Assembly: GCA_030167865.1 (NCBI GenBank)
Contig: JALAGF010003954.1
Span: 1 to 64,000 of the forward strand
Direction of reading: 5' to 3'
Length of the DNA: 64,000 nt
From: Craspedostauros australis
Lineage: Eukaryota
A model generated the notes under the pieces. It had not been told where the DNA came from. It was given only the letters and a program-made list of their open reading frames with translations, and ran no database searches. Shown piece by piece: positions 9,084-21,129 of the stretch (position 1 is the stretch's first letter; every line of letters begins with the position of its first letter). Position numbers and translations under genes: made by a program.

Positions 9084-10808
9084 TCAGCAAATGGTGTTGT
9101 TGTGGGCACCGTTGGCTTGAGATTGCGTTTTGCTGCTGTCGTCATCATTGACTTCCATGAGAAGGAGAACGTCGTCACCTTCGCTCACGCCGTGGCCCGC
9201 ACTATCGCCTTGAGACGATGATTCCAACTCGCTTGAATCCTCATTGCCGCGCCGCTCATCCAAAACCGAAAACAGGGAGATGATCGGAAACGTCGCAAAG
9301 AACTGCAACGTCGCCGTGATGCAAAAGTTGAAGAGGATGCCTTGCATACCGACGAGAATGCCACCCAACACCGCGCTGCCGGACCACGAGAACATGTTGA
9401 CCGATTCCAGGGCGCTCCACTTGGCTCGCTCCTTGCGTGGGACGTGATCCATGACGATGCTCTTCGTCAGCGCACGTGTGGAGTTCATGAAGGAGGTGCG
9501 TGTGACGAGCAACGCGCAGATGAACCATGCGGGCATTCCATGCTGGTAGGACACGATCATGCCGAACATCAAGGTGATGCCGATCCATTTGAACAGGACG
9601 GTGGTGCGGCATCGTCCGAGATGGTTCGCGGAGATGTACTCGGCCGATTTCATGAGGACGCTTTGCAGAATGGGGCTGAGGACGTAAAGGATTTGAACGA
9701 CGGCAGGCGAGAGGTGCACGTTGTCGTACAGAAAGATGGCGATGTATCGAATGGACATGCCCGACGCCAATCCAGCCATGACGTCAGACAATGCCACGCA
9801 CATGGGGATCCGTCGATTGGATGAAATGATGCAGCATATTTTGGGCCGTGGTGATGATGGTGCTGGCGACTCGGCAGTCTCCGTTCCATTTTCGGTCGCT
9901 GTGGTTGATGCGGAATGTAACCTTTGCAGTTCACTGTCACGTTGTTGTTGTTGTTGTTGCTGCTGCTGCTGATGTTGTTGCAGTTGCCGTTGCTCCGGTT
10001 GACTTTGCTCGCTGTCACTGATATTGCCTTCGTCACTGTCGGCTTCTTCCGAATCTTCGTGAGGCACGGTGTTGTCATCGCTCAACAGCCACAACAGGAC
10101 GAGACTGGGAACGGCGACAAGCTGTCCAGCCGCAAGCACGACGGTGCAATCACGCAACGTCCACGTGTCACCCAAATAGAGGAACATGCCGAGACACAGG
10201 AGCGGCCCCGCGAGGTTTCCGAGCTGCAGGTAGATGCTGCGCGATGTGAATTGCTTGGCGCGCTCGCCATCCTGCATGGAATCGGCAAAGATGGCATTGA
10301 GGCAGGTGTTGGCCACACCCCAGTGCAATCCCCAGCACGTCAAGGCCGCGACGAGACGCAGGTAGCTGCGATACTGCACGGCCACGATGGTGATGGCGGC
10401 AGCGAGAAGGCCCAGCAGCGAGGCGAATCGCAGCAGAGTGTCGCGGCGGTAGCGATCGGCCAAGTAGCCTGCCGGGAAGGAGACTCCCATCTGCGCCAAT
10501 CCCATGCAAGCCGTGATGTATCCGACGGATTTGGCGTCATTGTTGCGCAGCAGGTAGACGAAGGTGGCCAGCACATTCTGGTTCCAGATGGAGCGTCCCG
10601 CGAATGCAAAGAATGTGTACATCTTGGCGTACTTCAGGTTCGGTGACGGCCGTGGCTGTGCTTGCAGTGGCTGTGATGCTGAGGATGCTTCGTCATCCTG
10701 GATCAGCAAGGGTTGTCGCAGATCCTGCTGCATTTCATGGTTGGATTCTGCAGTGACAGGCTCACTTGTGCTGCGAATGTCATTCGTACTTGTTTGCACA
10801 CGTGGCAT
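9084..10808 (-). CDS. Major facilitator superfamily transporter, 574 aa
   Basis: ATG at 10808 (MPRVQTST). MFS motif A-like GYLADRYRRD. Two bundles of hydrophobic helices separated by an acidic/poly-Q loop. Confidence 0.88.
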   Translation of the reverse strand: MPRVQTSTNDIRSTSEPVTAESNHEMQQDLRQPLLIQDDEASSASQPLQAQPRPSPNLKYAKMYTFFAFAGRSIWNQNVLATFVYLLRNNDAKSVGYITACMGLAQMGVSFPAGYLADRYRRDTLLRFASLLGLLAAAITIVAVQYRSYLRLVAALTCWGLHWGVANTCLNAIFADSMQDGERAKQFTSRSIYLQLGNLAGPLLCLGMFLYLGDTWTLRDCTVVLAAGQLVAVPSLVLLWLLSDDNTVPHEDSEEADSDEGNISDSEQSQPEQRQLQQHQQQQQQQQQQRDSELQRLHSASTTATENGTETAESPAPSSPRPKICCIISSNRRIPMCVALSDVMAGLASGMSIRYIAIFLYDNVHLSPAVVQILYVLSPILQSVLMKSAEYISANHLGRCRTTVLFKWIGITLMFGMIVSYQHGMPAWFICALLVTRTSFMNSTRALTKSIVMDHVPRKERAKWSALESVNMFSWSGSAVLGGILVGMQGILFNFCITATLQFFATFPIISLFSVLDERRGNEDSSELESSSQGDSAGHGVSEGDDVLLLMEVNDDDSSKTQSQANGAHNNTIC

Positions 10809-12592
10809 CGTGTGGAGAAGAGGAGGTGAATGATGGAACCGGAATGCCAATAGCAGGAGAGTGTTGAGGATACCTGCTTGGTGCTTGTATTCTATGTCTG
10901 GTGCGGTCAGGTTGAGGGATGAAGAGTAACGTGAAATAGAGTTGCTCGTTGTGTTTGCCTCTCCACAGGACAATACTGTGTGAGGGGTAGTGTTGTGGGT
11001 GGTGAGAGGTTTTGTGTTCGAATGACCTCGGTTTTGGTTGAATTGTGTGGACGCCAGCGCGTGTGAGTGACGGTTCTGCCAGGTTTTTGTGTGTTGACAA
11101 CTGCCCAAACGTGTCTCGTTGGAGGCGTTCCCAACGGTAGGAACGCGAAAGTAGGAGCTCCGCCCAAGCCAAATTGTAAACACCTCACTTCATCTCACTC
11201 ATACAATGATTAAACACTTGTCCTAATTCAACGGTGGAATGTCATTACATGGATTAAAGAGATTCATGCCCATGCGTTCTAAGTTACCGCTGTGCTCTAT
11301 CTCAAGCAAATTGCTACAATGGCTGTGTGCTCTACTTTTGGCCGGAGTGTTCTATTACCAGGGTTTCCACAGCTACCAATACTTTGGTGTCTGTTGATCG
11401 ATCATAGTCGTACTGGTAGCCAGCGCTACATGGACTCCTTCGCAAATAGAGAGAGCAGCGACTTGCGCTCAGTGCACTGGCGCGCCCTTATCCATCGTAC
11501 TTCGCACCTCAAGAGGAAACGAGCGCCTGTTGCGCTGGCTGCCGCTTCTGCTGGGTCGACAATATTTACAACTTCTGACGGATGGACGCGCACGAATAGG
11601 CATGCACAGAATGAGGGGCGTTGCTTGGCTTGGAACAGTTGCCATCGTGCTGCAGGGGACGGAATAATGTGAATAAGGATTGTAGTGAATGTACGGTACA
11701 CGCGGAAAAACAAACAGACGTACACAGAGGTCGGTGGGTACAATCGGATGAGAAATGTGGATGTGATAGAAGCAAACAGAGTAGAACCATGCCATGCCAT
11801 GCCACCCATCCATGCATGCCTTCCAAATCCTTCCCAAAGGCTCTCGTTCTCAAAGATTATTGCTTCCACGAGGAACACAGGTTTCAGCTGCGTCCAGTCA
11901 AGGATTTTGCAATTTGTCGTCATCGCCGGAAGGTTGTGTTTGGACGGGACAGGATGGCCATGCCACGAGACGATCCGATGCAATACAGTGTGCCGGTTGT
12001 CATGACTGATTTTCTCTCGCTCCGACACCTTGGATGGTTGGCATGAAACGAAACGGAAACAGATCATGCTCATGCATCAGACGAAACTGCCATCACACCC
12101 AGCACCACCACAGCCACAACCACCTGCGCCAAAGCACCTGCCCCCGCCAAGAGTACGTGCCGTGTGTCATCATCAGAACCACAGAGATGAATATCCCCAC
12201 CGAATGAAAATCCGTCGGGTAAAAAATGAAAAGTTTGAATCTTGTCTTCCTCACTTGATGACACACGACACGACATGGAATGGTACAGCATGGTGGGCAT
12301 GGCTTCTTTGGGCTCGTGCTGTTGATTGTAATCGTAACTGATGGATGAAAGGTGGGTACACCGATGATCTTGACGATCCTCTCGCTGATCCCCCCTCGAA
12401 TATAGCAGGCAAGTCAACAAGCGAAGACTTACCGTGCGTCTGCGAAGATGGCACTTGAGCAGCCAATTCTCTCCGTTTGTTCGATTCATTGTAGAATTGA
12501 TAAACGGACGACGTCCAATGCGTTGGCTCTCAACTGAGTAGAGAAGAATAGCGCAGAGGAGTTCAAGCCAAGTGAAGTAAAGTAAAGTCAAC

Positions 12593-13426
12593 TCATGTTT
12601 CGACCGGAGCAGGTTCCGCGTAGGCGTTTTCCACCTGCGCGTGCCCCATCCTCGCGCTGAGCAGTGTGACGGCCCGTTCGCGAATTGCGGCTTGGAGAAT
12701 GTCGAAGACGGCGCGACATCCATCCATGGCGGCGTCCGTGACAACCTCCAAGGTTCGGAAGTTGGGCAACCGAGCCTCGCATTGCGCCAGAACGATGGTG
12801 TTGCGTTGCGGCATCATGGCGCAGGGCAGGTTGATGGAGGCTTCGCCAGCGTAGGAGGACTCTTCGCGACGGTTGAGGTCCACGAGCGCCGTGTCGCTGT
12901 CGATGCCGGAGTAGCCAGCGGAACAGGCGCACACGAGGTCTTTCATGGGAATGCCAGCGTCCACCAGCGCGAGCGTGGAGGCGTTGATTGCCGCGCAGAG
13001 CTTGCCGCCATCGTCGGAGATGATGCAGACCACGAGCTCGATGCGGGACTTGGGATAGAGATGGAGGAGGACGCCGGCCTCCATGGCCCTCTTGATGTGG
13101 TGCGACATCTCGATGAAGCGACGGTCGCTGTTGGGGTTGATGGCGCGTCGATCGCCGGATGTGGAGAACGCGGTGGCCTTGATGGTGACGTCCAGGATGG
13201 CCCTGTCAGGCAGCTCGTCGGATCGCCTCTCGCACTGCAACGGCCCGCGCACGGTGGCGAGGGCGGTGGTGAGGCCCATCTCCACGACGGCGCTTCCCGC
13301 AACACCGTCCTGGTGGCTCACAGCGCCCAACCGGGTGCGCATGCGTCGGATTTCATCTGGCTTGCGTCCATCGTTGCGCAGATTGGACAGCGTCAGGATG
13401 TCGGTGCGTCGCAGCGAGTTTGCCAT
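12593..13426 (-). CDS. RRP41: Exosome complex component Rrp41 (RNase PH family), 277 aa
   Basis: LRNDGRKPDEIR, GSAVVEMGLT..LATVRGP, LHLYPKSRI, DDGG..CAAINASTLALVDAGIPMKD, DLNRREE. Confidence 0.93.
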   Translation of the reverse strand: MANSLRRTDILTLSNLRNDGRKPDEIRRMRTRLGAVSHQDGVAGSAVVEMGLTTALATVRGPLQCERRSDELPDRAILDVTIKATAFSTSGDRRAINPNSDRRFIEMSHHIKRAMEAGVLLHLYPKSRIELVVCIISDDGGKLCAAINASTLALVDAGIPMKDLVCACSAGYSGIDSDTALVDLNRREESSYAGEASINLPCAMMPQRNTIVLAQCEARLPNFRTLEVVTDAAMDGCRAVFDILQAAIRERAVTLLSARMGHAQVENAYAEPAPVET

Positions 13427-14022
13427 CGTGCTGGTCTGCTCGTACGTCTGCGCTGCACGTTGAGGAGGATAGCACGTTAGAGTTGAAGCTTGGTGTGTGT
13501 GTGAATTGGATCTTCCTCCTTGCCATCACATCATCATCACCATCGTCTTTTCTTGTTTGCTTGTTGTTTGTTGGTTCGTGCCCATCAGATTATGCGCTGT
13601 GCCGTGCTCGTATGATGTGTTGGTTTTATGATCTGATGACGATGTGTGGCTGAAGATGGTGGTGGTTTCGCACGTGTTCCCATCATCGACGCAAAAGAGA
13701 TCTTTGTTTCTCCCCTTTTCGATGGATCGTCAGATCGCCGTGTTGTTTCGTTGATTGCTTCTTTGGTTGGTTCACAACTCAGACAAGGACAAACCACGAC
13801 GGGACGACGGACAGACTGAGCCATCAACAAATGTTGGTGTTTTCTCTCCCATCACAAAATCAAAGCGAGACCAAAGATCTATCAACAGAAACAGAGCAAA
13901 GAAGCAACCGAGCAAAGAAGGCAAGAGATCGAGAGGATACCAGGGCCGACGACGCTACACTCGACAACAGAGGAAGGCTCTCCCAGAAGCACATCACAAC
14001 AGAGCAAATATTAAGCGACACC

Positions 14023-15426
14023 ATGAACCTCAACCGCCGCTTCGTCAGGGCCGCATTGGGCCTGTGCAGCTCGCAGGTCTTCCAAGCCAAGCGAGCCGCC
14101 GGATTTCTCGTGTCTCAATCCGTGCCAGTCGGTCAATTCTCTCATCGATATGTCGGTATAAGTACCCGTGCGACTTCCCTGTACCAGCCGCAGCTGTTCT
14201 CGCCATCATTGCGGCTTCTTCATTCCAAAGCAAGCGCGGACAACGACAACGATGGCACTGACATCAATACAGTGGCCGACGACGCCGATGTTTCGCAAAC
14301 TGCGGAATCGGATGCGAGATTCGCAACGACGTACCATGCACCGGTGATGTGGAAGGAATGTATCGATGCCCTGCTGCAGTGTGAGCGGTCCAGGATACGG
14401 CAAGGCTCTGAATACCCCAACGCAGATAGTGCCGTTGACGACAATGAAGATGTTGACGTGGATGCCAAAGATGCTCGGCTCGTCTTTGTCGATGGCACAC
14501 TTGGTGGCGGCGGACATTCGAACGCTCTGCTGGAGACGCTGCAAGCCGGTGATATCGTGCTGGGGTGCGATGTGGATCCAGACGCATTGGCAACGGCGTC
14601 GGAACGGCTTCATCAGTACACGACCGGGGACGAGACGAAGCCACATTTCATCCCGGTCAGGACTAACTTTGGCGATCTGCCAATCACCTTGAAGGATGTT
14701 GCACATCCCGTGACCAACAAGCCGGTGCTGGAGCACGACACAGGCGTGGATGGCATCCTGCTGGACCTCGGCGTGTCGTCGCATCAGATCGACACCGCCG
14801 AACGCGGTTTCGCCTTCATGAAGGACGGCCCGCTGGATATGAGAATGAGCAACCAGTCGTCCGGATTGACGGCCGCGGATATTTGCAACGAATTCGACAC
14901 CAGGGAACTGCAGCGGATACTGAAAGTGTACGGTGACGAACCTCGATCGAAGGTGATCGCCAATGCCATCGCCGAACATCGGCCACTGTCGACGACGGGT
15001 GACCTGGTGGATGCCGTTGCCACAGTCACACCTCAATTCGCCAAGAAGAGCAAACGCATGGGCCGCACAGCCACTCTCGCGCGAGTCTTTCAGAGCCTCC
15101 GCATCGTCGTCAACAATGAAGAGAAGGTTCTGGAGCAGGTGCTATCCGAGGCATGTCCTAAGCTGCTGCGGCCCGGCGGTCGGCTGGTCGTTCTCAGCTA
15201 CCATAGCATGGAGGACCGGGCAACGAAACGCATGATCCGTGACGGAACGATCCAGCGCAACAAGCGGAGCCAGCAGAAGGACATGTACGGCAACTACAAT
15301 GGCCCGCCCAAACCATTCAAGGTGGTGGGAAAGAGGGGCAAAGCGAGGAAGGATGAGATTGAAATCAACACAAGAGCGCGCAGTGCCACATTGCGGGTGG
15401 GCGAACGCACGACGTCGGAAGTGTAG
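14023..15426 (+). CDS. rsmH: Organellar SSU rRNA m4C methyltransferase RsmH/MraW (METTL15-like), with mitochondrial-type presequence
   Basis: HAPVM, VDGTLGGGGHS, DLGVSSHQID...RGF, GPLDMRM, YGDE, RVFQSLRIVVN, SYHSMEDR, NTRARSATLR. N-terminus from ATG 14023 is Arg/Ser-rich and acid-poor. Confidence 0.93.
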   Translation: MNLNRRFVRAALGLCSSQVFQAKRAAGFLVSQSVPVGQFSHRYVGISTRATSLYQPQLFSPSLRLLHSKASADNDNDGTDINTVADDADVSQTAESDARFATTYHAPVMWKECIDALLQCERSRIRQGSEYPNADSAVDDNEDVDVDAKDARLVFVDGTLGGGGHSNALLETLQAGDIVLGCDVDPDALATASERLHQYTTGDETKPHFIPVRTNFGDLPITLKDVAHPVTNKPVLEHDTGVDGILLDLGVSSHQIDTAERGFAFMKDGPLDMRMSNQSSGLTAADICNEFDTRELQRILKVYGDEPRSKVIANAIAEHRPLSTTGDLVDAVATVTPQFAKKSKRMGRTATLARVFQSLRIVVNNEEKVLEQVLSEACPKLLRPGGRLVVLSYHSMEDRATKRMIRDGTIQRNKRSQQKDMYGNYNGPPKPFKVVGKRGKARKDEIEINTRARSATLRVGERTTSEV

Positions 15427-15621
15427 AGAATGGTTTCATAACATGCGGCGTGTGTAACTCTATTCAATCCCATATTTTCTGTGCCCGTACTAGGACATGC
15501 ACTTGGACATGCGCATGTTTCATCCCCCCAATGCGAGCTTCCAAGCTCTCAGTGCTACTCGACTTGGCTTCATGGCTCTTCTTGACAATTCACCTTCAAT
15601 GTTCTAGTCTCTCCGGAGAAA

Positions 15622-18600
15622 TCACGTGATGACCATCTCTGGACCATCACGATCGCTGTCAGTGTCATCGCCATCATTATCATTGCCGCTACTGCCTTCG
15701 CCGCCTTCCCTTTGAGAGGACGCCGTCGCATCTTCAACGCTTTCGTTTGGCTGGGCCTTCTTCTTCTCCACGTAGTCCATGTAGGCAGAGAGGAAGGCTT
15801 CGTCAGCGTTTTCTGTGAGTTTGCCATCCTTGCTTCTGCGAGAGCCCTCCTGGAGGAGAGCTCGGACGACCTCATCTTGAGGTTCTTCCATCCTGGTGTT
15901 GTCCTTGTCGGGATCAACGACTACCATCTCGGTCGCACTGACGCGACGGTATTCCCTCATACTCACCTTCGCCTCGCCCTCGCTCTCGTCCGAGAATCCC
16001 GTTGGTATCAAATCAGTCAAACGTTGTGCCATTGCCTCGATCTCTTCCTTCGCTTCCTTTTGCATCCGGTCTCGAATGGCCGCCTTCTCGTTTTCATCCG
16101 TCACGTGTTGAGTCGCCTGAAGGATGCGGTTGGGATCCTTGAGTTGCTTCGCACGCAAGATGGCGCTCTTTGCCGCACGAGCTTGCAGCCTGCGTCCCGA
16201 TGGCACCTTGCCTGGTTCCAACTCGCTCATGTGATCGAAGTTGAGCCCCAATCCGATTCCCAGCATGCTGTAGACTGCCACGCCCAATGGGTCCTGTCAG
16301 TTGTGGCCAAAATAGAGAAAGCAGTCGCAAATGTAGTGATGTCAGTGCAAGAGTATGATGTGCACTGCTGCTGTATCAGACGATGGCGATAGGTGTCGAA
16401 CATTGCTGAAATGACGAGTCACAGCGTTGTCACACAAGAACACAGATGATGAAGGAGCAAAGTGCGCAAGCAGATACACGTCAGCCGTCTCAACACAAAG
16501 CAAGTCCTCTCCCTCCTCCTCCTCCTGCTGCTTCTCTTCCTGCCCCTCTCCGTTTGCGTCTCCTTCTCACCTCATGTTTCCTACTTTTTAGGTGCTCTGC
16601 GTGCTTCTTCGCAAACGATGCCATGGCATTCTCTTTGCATTTTTCTAGAGGAACATCGATCTCGGAAGGCTCCTTCTGGTTCATGGCCCTGTCGACAATT
16701 TTGTACCATTCCTGATTTCCCAAATCTTCTTGTCTGGCGATTTCTTGCATCTGTTTTCTCATTATATCCTCCGGGCATCCCTTGATGAGAAGGTTGTAAT
16801 AGAACTCATCCTCCCACTTCATCATGACTTGATTGAGTCGTACCGGATCGTTCCAGAAGATGGTGTATCTCCATATGGGCGCATTCTCGGGTGCATCGAT
16901 TTCCTTTTGATATCGCTCAGGGTCGGCGATGAGCAAGGAAAGAGAGACGTTGTCTTGGCGCAGAACAGATGTTTGGCGAATCAAATGAGAGATGTGGAAC
17001 CATGCTCTGTGACATTCGGGGATATGCATGCAGGGATGTGAATGTGAAATGTGAGTGTGGATACAGATGGGCGCCCATGGAAGCGCAGTCGGGCATACCA
17101 TCCAGGGAGGGTGGCAGGGCGCAATAAGTACGTATGGTATGGTCGATCAGACGATAGCAATGGATGTCAGCCACTTGGAGTAAGGACATGCCAGGTGTTG
17201 CGAACCATACCGCGACAGTGAGACGATAAAATGACACGAACGCATGGATCCTCGTATGCAGATGACATCATTCCGGTAGCCAACGGCACAAGCTGCTTAC
17301 GGGATGAATGGCAACGCTGCCAAGAAGGATGCTCCGACGACAGTCAATGAACATATCCGAGGAACTCGAAGGAATTGGCGTTTCAAGCTGTGCCAAGGAA
17401 AGCGCTTGATGGCATCCCAAGCCATCGCAATCCATAAGCTGCCGAGCAGAAGACGCTCCGCATCGGCCACGCGCTTTGGCTTGTCTCTTGGCTCTTCAGT
17501 ATCTTCGTCCTTCGGTTGCACCAATCTTGTCATCGCACCCGCCGCGGCGATCATAACCGTGCCGTAGACTCCATAGCTGAATCTGGCAGGTATGCCTGTG
17601 AGCACCTTCGACAAGTCTGAGATCAACCCCATCCTGGCCCATGCCGTGGTGCTCTTGATCATTTTTTGCAAATAGGTCGGAAAGAAGCCGATAGGTCGTT
17701 CCTGATCCTTCCGCTGCACGTCGAACAGGACGGTGCCGCAGCCGAACAACGACGAAAGCGCCCCAAGTCGCGTGAAGAACTGGCTGAGGGAGAGCCAGAC
17801 GCGCACGCTTGCGTTGTTGGTGATGCCAGCAATTCTGGCCAACATCGTCACCAGCCCCATGCACCAAACAGCGGACCACCAGTACTCCAGGAGGACTAAG
17901 GAGCGATCTTTACACGATTCCAACGGATCCACCCAATCGATGGGTATGGAGAGGGAACTCATGACGAGGTCACGCAGTTCACCTAGCTCTTTCAGTTCGT
18001 CCGGCATCGGCTCTGGCTTGGGCATCGTCAACTTCTTCAGCCCCAGCATCAGTATCGGGCACGCCACCACCACGAGCAAGAAATGCAGATCGACGATCGA
18101 ATGGAAGATCGATGCGATCCTTTGTATCGCTGACGAACGTTTGCATGCCATCGTGAGGAAGGCGGTCGCGACTAGTGGTATGAGAACGAAGTTCTTGGCA
18201 TCCCGAAACACCGGGCGTTCTTGTCTGGAAAGCTCGTCCATCTCTTCCCTTCTCTCCATCGACTTTCGATTTCCCCATGCATTGTTCAAGTTGATGGCGT
18301 ATTCCAATCGCATGAAATCGCCGTCAACGTCACCGACCGTCCATGATTCGTCGTCGCAACGCGAAGATCTTAGGATTGAAGACAACCTCGTGCAACATGG
18401 CTGCTGTCGTGCTTGTAGCGGGGATCGGTATTGACGCTGGTGCCATCGTTGTTGCGATTGACACGATTGGTGGCCACACAGATGATGATGATGATGATGA
18501 TGGTGTGGGTAGCCACTGAAAGTCGTAGCATGAAGAGCATGAGCATAGGGCAACGGCATTGCTCGGAAGGATGCTGATGGTGGTCTTGATCGGTGGTGGT

Positions 18601-18712
18601 TGGTGGGCGAAGAAGTCCCGCAGTGTTGAAATCCTTGGGAACCGCGCGATTGCAACGCCAGCATCGATAGAAGATGCATCCATCTCGGGCCACGTTTCGA
18701 AGGTGCCTTCAT
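15622..18712 (-). CDS. Multi-exon hypothetical membrane protein with possible plastid presequence (exons ~18712-17301, possible short exon(s) within 17250-17100, ~16953-16571, 16293-15622)
   Basis: Signal-like MHLLSMLALQSRGSQG|F and several hydrophobic helices. Donor GTAAGC at 17300; donor GTGAGA at 16570 joins in phase 0 to acceptor CAG|GAC at 16293. Middle exon structure is uncertain. Confidence 0.6.
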
Positions 18713-19340
18713 GCTGTGTGTCAATGTACTTTGTAGTGGTATACGAGTATTCGTGTGCGCATGCATGGATGTCGGTGAATGCAAGGGTCTGTCGCAAGGT
18801 GCATGACCTCTTCCTTAGCTTGTGGTCACAGCGTCGCCGCGGGCTTGGCTTGGCTGTCGGTGATGGGTGGGGTCTGTTTCGTTGCGTTTCGGTTGATGGT
18901 TCGTGACTGACATGTTTCTGCGACTGGGACTCGTTTGGTGGTTGTGGGGACGACGCAGTGGAGCGTTGGGAGACGATAGTATTGCATGAACCAGACTTAC
19001 TAGTTCGAGAAGAATACGCAGACGCAACGAGACCTTACAATACCATCACTGTGGCGACGAAAGAGATGCGTCAGGCACCTTCCGAAGAGCGAGCAAGGTC
19101 TCGGTTGGCTCACAAGCACAAGCATGGTGCTGCACAGGAGTTGCGAAAACGCGCATAGTACTGACGGAGGTTGTTGTTACTGCTGCGACATTATCTATTT
19201 TCTCGTATTGATGTCTTGCACTTACGTACTCTCAGTGTTGGAACATGGCAGGCACGGCGCTGCCAACACTGTTTACTACGCATGCATATTTCGGCTCAGT
19301 CTAGTCCAGTCCAGTCCAGTGCGACGTTAACAAGCATCGC

Positions 19341-20647
19341 TTAGTTGCGCTTGAACTCGGCTGGCATGTTGTCTGGGAGCCATCCCATCTTGGTGAGGTT
19401 GACCTTCATTCGCTGGAAGCAAAGGTCGTATGCGGTGTGAATGTCGTTGATGACGATGTGATCTGGCTTGTCGCGCATCAGCTTGGTTGTGTCAAGCTCA
19501 TTGTTTGATCGTGGCGCCTTGATGACCTTGGCCTGCTCTTCGAGGTTGAAGTTCTGGTAGGTGTAGGATGGGTCGATGTACTTCTTGTACAAGTCGAGGA
19601 CCTGGTTGTGGGAGATGACGCCTGGGTTGGTGAAGTTGTACACTCCGGTGAGTCCCTTCTGCGCCATGGCCAGAGAGAGCGGGAGCATTTCGTGGAGGAT
19701 GGTCATGGAATTTGGGATGTTGACGACCTTCTCGTACTTGACGATCTTGGTCACGAAGTTGCGGTGGAAGAGGTCATCGGACACCGGCATGCGGACGCGC
19801 AGAATGAGGCAGTTGGGGTAGTTCTTCAGCATTGGCTCCATGTATCCCTTGGTCTCGCTGTAGAAGGACCCGTCGAAGTTGGGAGTGTCCTCCTCGGTGA
19901 AACCAATTCCGGATCCCTCAGGGTGCTTCTCGTCGTAGACGAAGATGCATCCGGTGGCGTAGACGGTGCAGTGGATATTTCTCTCGTAGCACAGATCGGC
20001 AAGGTTCAATGTTCCAATGACGTTGGTGCGCATGGTTTCCGGCTTGTGATCCTCGCACCAGTCAATGTTTGGTCGCCCGGTGATTCCGGCGGCGTTCAGC
20101 ACGTGGGTTGGCTTGATCTCATCGAGCTCCTTGGCGACGGACTCGCGGTTTTGGATGCGGCTCTCGGCGATGAACAATTCAATATTCTCTGCGTTTGCGA
20201 TCGTCGTCACAGATGGTATGGATGTCGGTCGTATGTATTATAGAATACGTGGCATTGATGGGTCATGTCACGAAGATTCAATGAGGGAGGCACAGGTCAG
20301 GATTCGTGTGGTACGTACATGCACAATCGCAACGACCAGCAGGCTCGATTGTTGCTAACGCAACTTCATCACTAGCGTGACACATCACATCGGTATGGCT
20401 GCATTCGTAAACAGACGGAAAGCAGAGAGGGCTTCCTTCCAACCTTCCCCTCTTCGCATCCGTCAATCAGGCGCAGTCAATCGAGGCAAGAGAGAGGAGG
20501 TAACAGAAAAGGTAGTGGCAGCGTCATTCCACCAGCAAATGGAGAAAGATCTCGCTCACCTTCCTTCTTGACGAGCTCGCCCATCATCTGTCCGATCCAT
20601 CCTGTCTTTCCTCCAAAGATGAGGACCTTCTTCATTTCGGTTGCCAT
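19341..20647 (-). CDS. UER1: Bifunctional NDP-4-keto-6-deoxyglucose 3,5-epimerase/4-reductase (NDP-rhamnose synthesis); exons 20647-20560 and 20188-19341
   Basis: Exon 1 gives KVLIFGGKTGWIG (Rossmann). Exon 2 gives PTHVLNAAGITGRPNIDWCE, YATGCIF, GSFYSETK, LRVRMP and APRSNNELD. The phase-1 GT-AG intron is consistent. Confidence 0.93.
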
Positions 20648-21129
20648 GGTTGCGGTACGTGGGGGATAAGGCTGTGCCTGTGTTTTGAGTATTTCGGCGT
20701 GGTTTGTTGTGCTTGTGATCGTGATCGTGATTGTGAGCGTCAGGCATCAAGAGGGGTCTTTGTTGGTCTTCAGCTACTCGTGGGTGCGAGCTGTCTTTGC
20801 GTTCGTTGTGTTGTGTTGTGTCGTGTCGTGTTGCGTTGCTTCTCGTTGTTGTGGGTCGCACACCGAAGAAGCATTTTCGGTTTTGGTTTTGTGACCGTTT
20901 TCGCTGAAAAAGATGTCCCAAAAAGAAGTCGGACAAGTCAAAAAGCAATCCAACGGTCACCGTCCAGAGCAGTGAACCTAGACATACAGCTATAGATTGC
21001 GTCATCTCAACCACACAAGTAGAATCCACAAGCAGATCATTGCTGGTCGGTGTCCCAAAGACCGATGATTTCAAACACCACGAGCGTGCGAATGCAGTCG
21101 TTTGCCATAACAGGATAGAGTACTCTACA

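Noticed and set aside
11200-12590. Several 100-220 aa ORFs and a minus-strand ATG (12489) with a GTAAGT donor (12432)
   Set aside because: I could not build a coherent spliced product or recognise a domain. The region is likely UTR or intergenic, though a small gene is not excluded.
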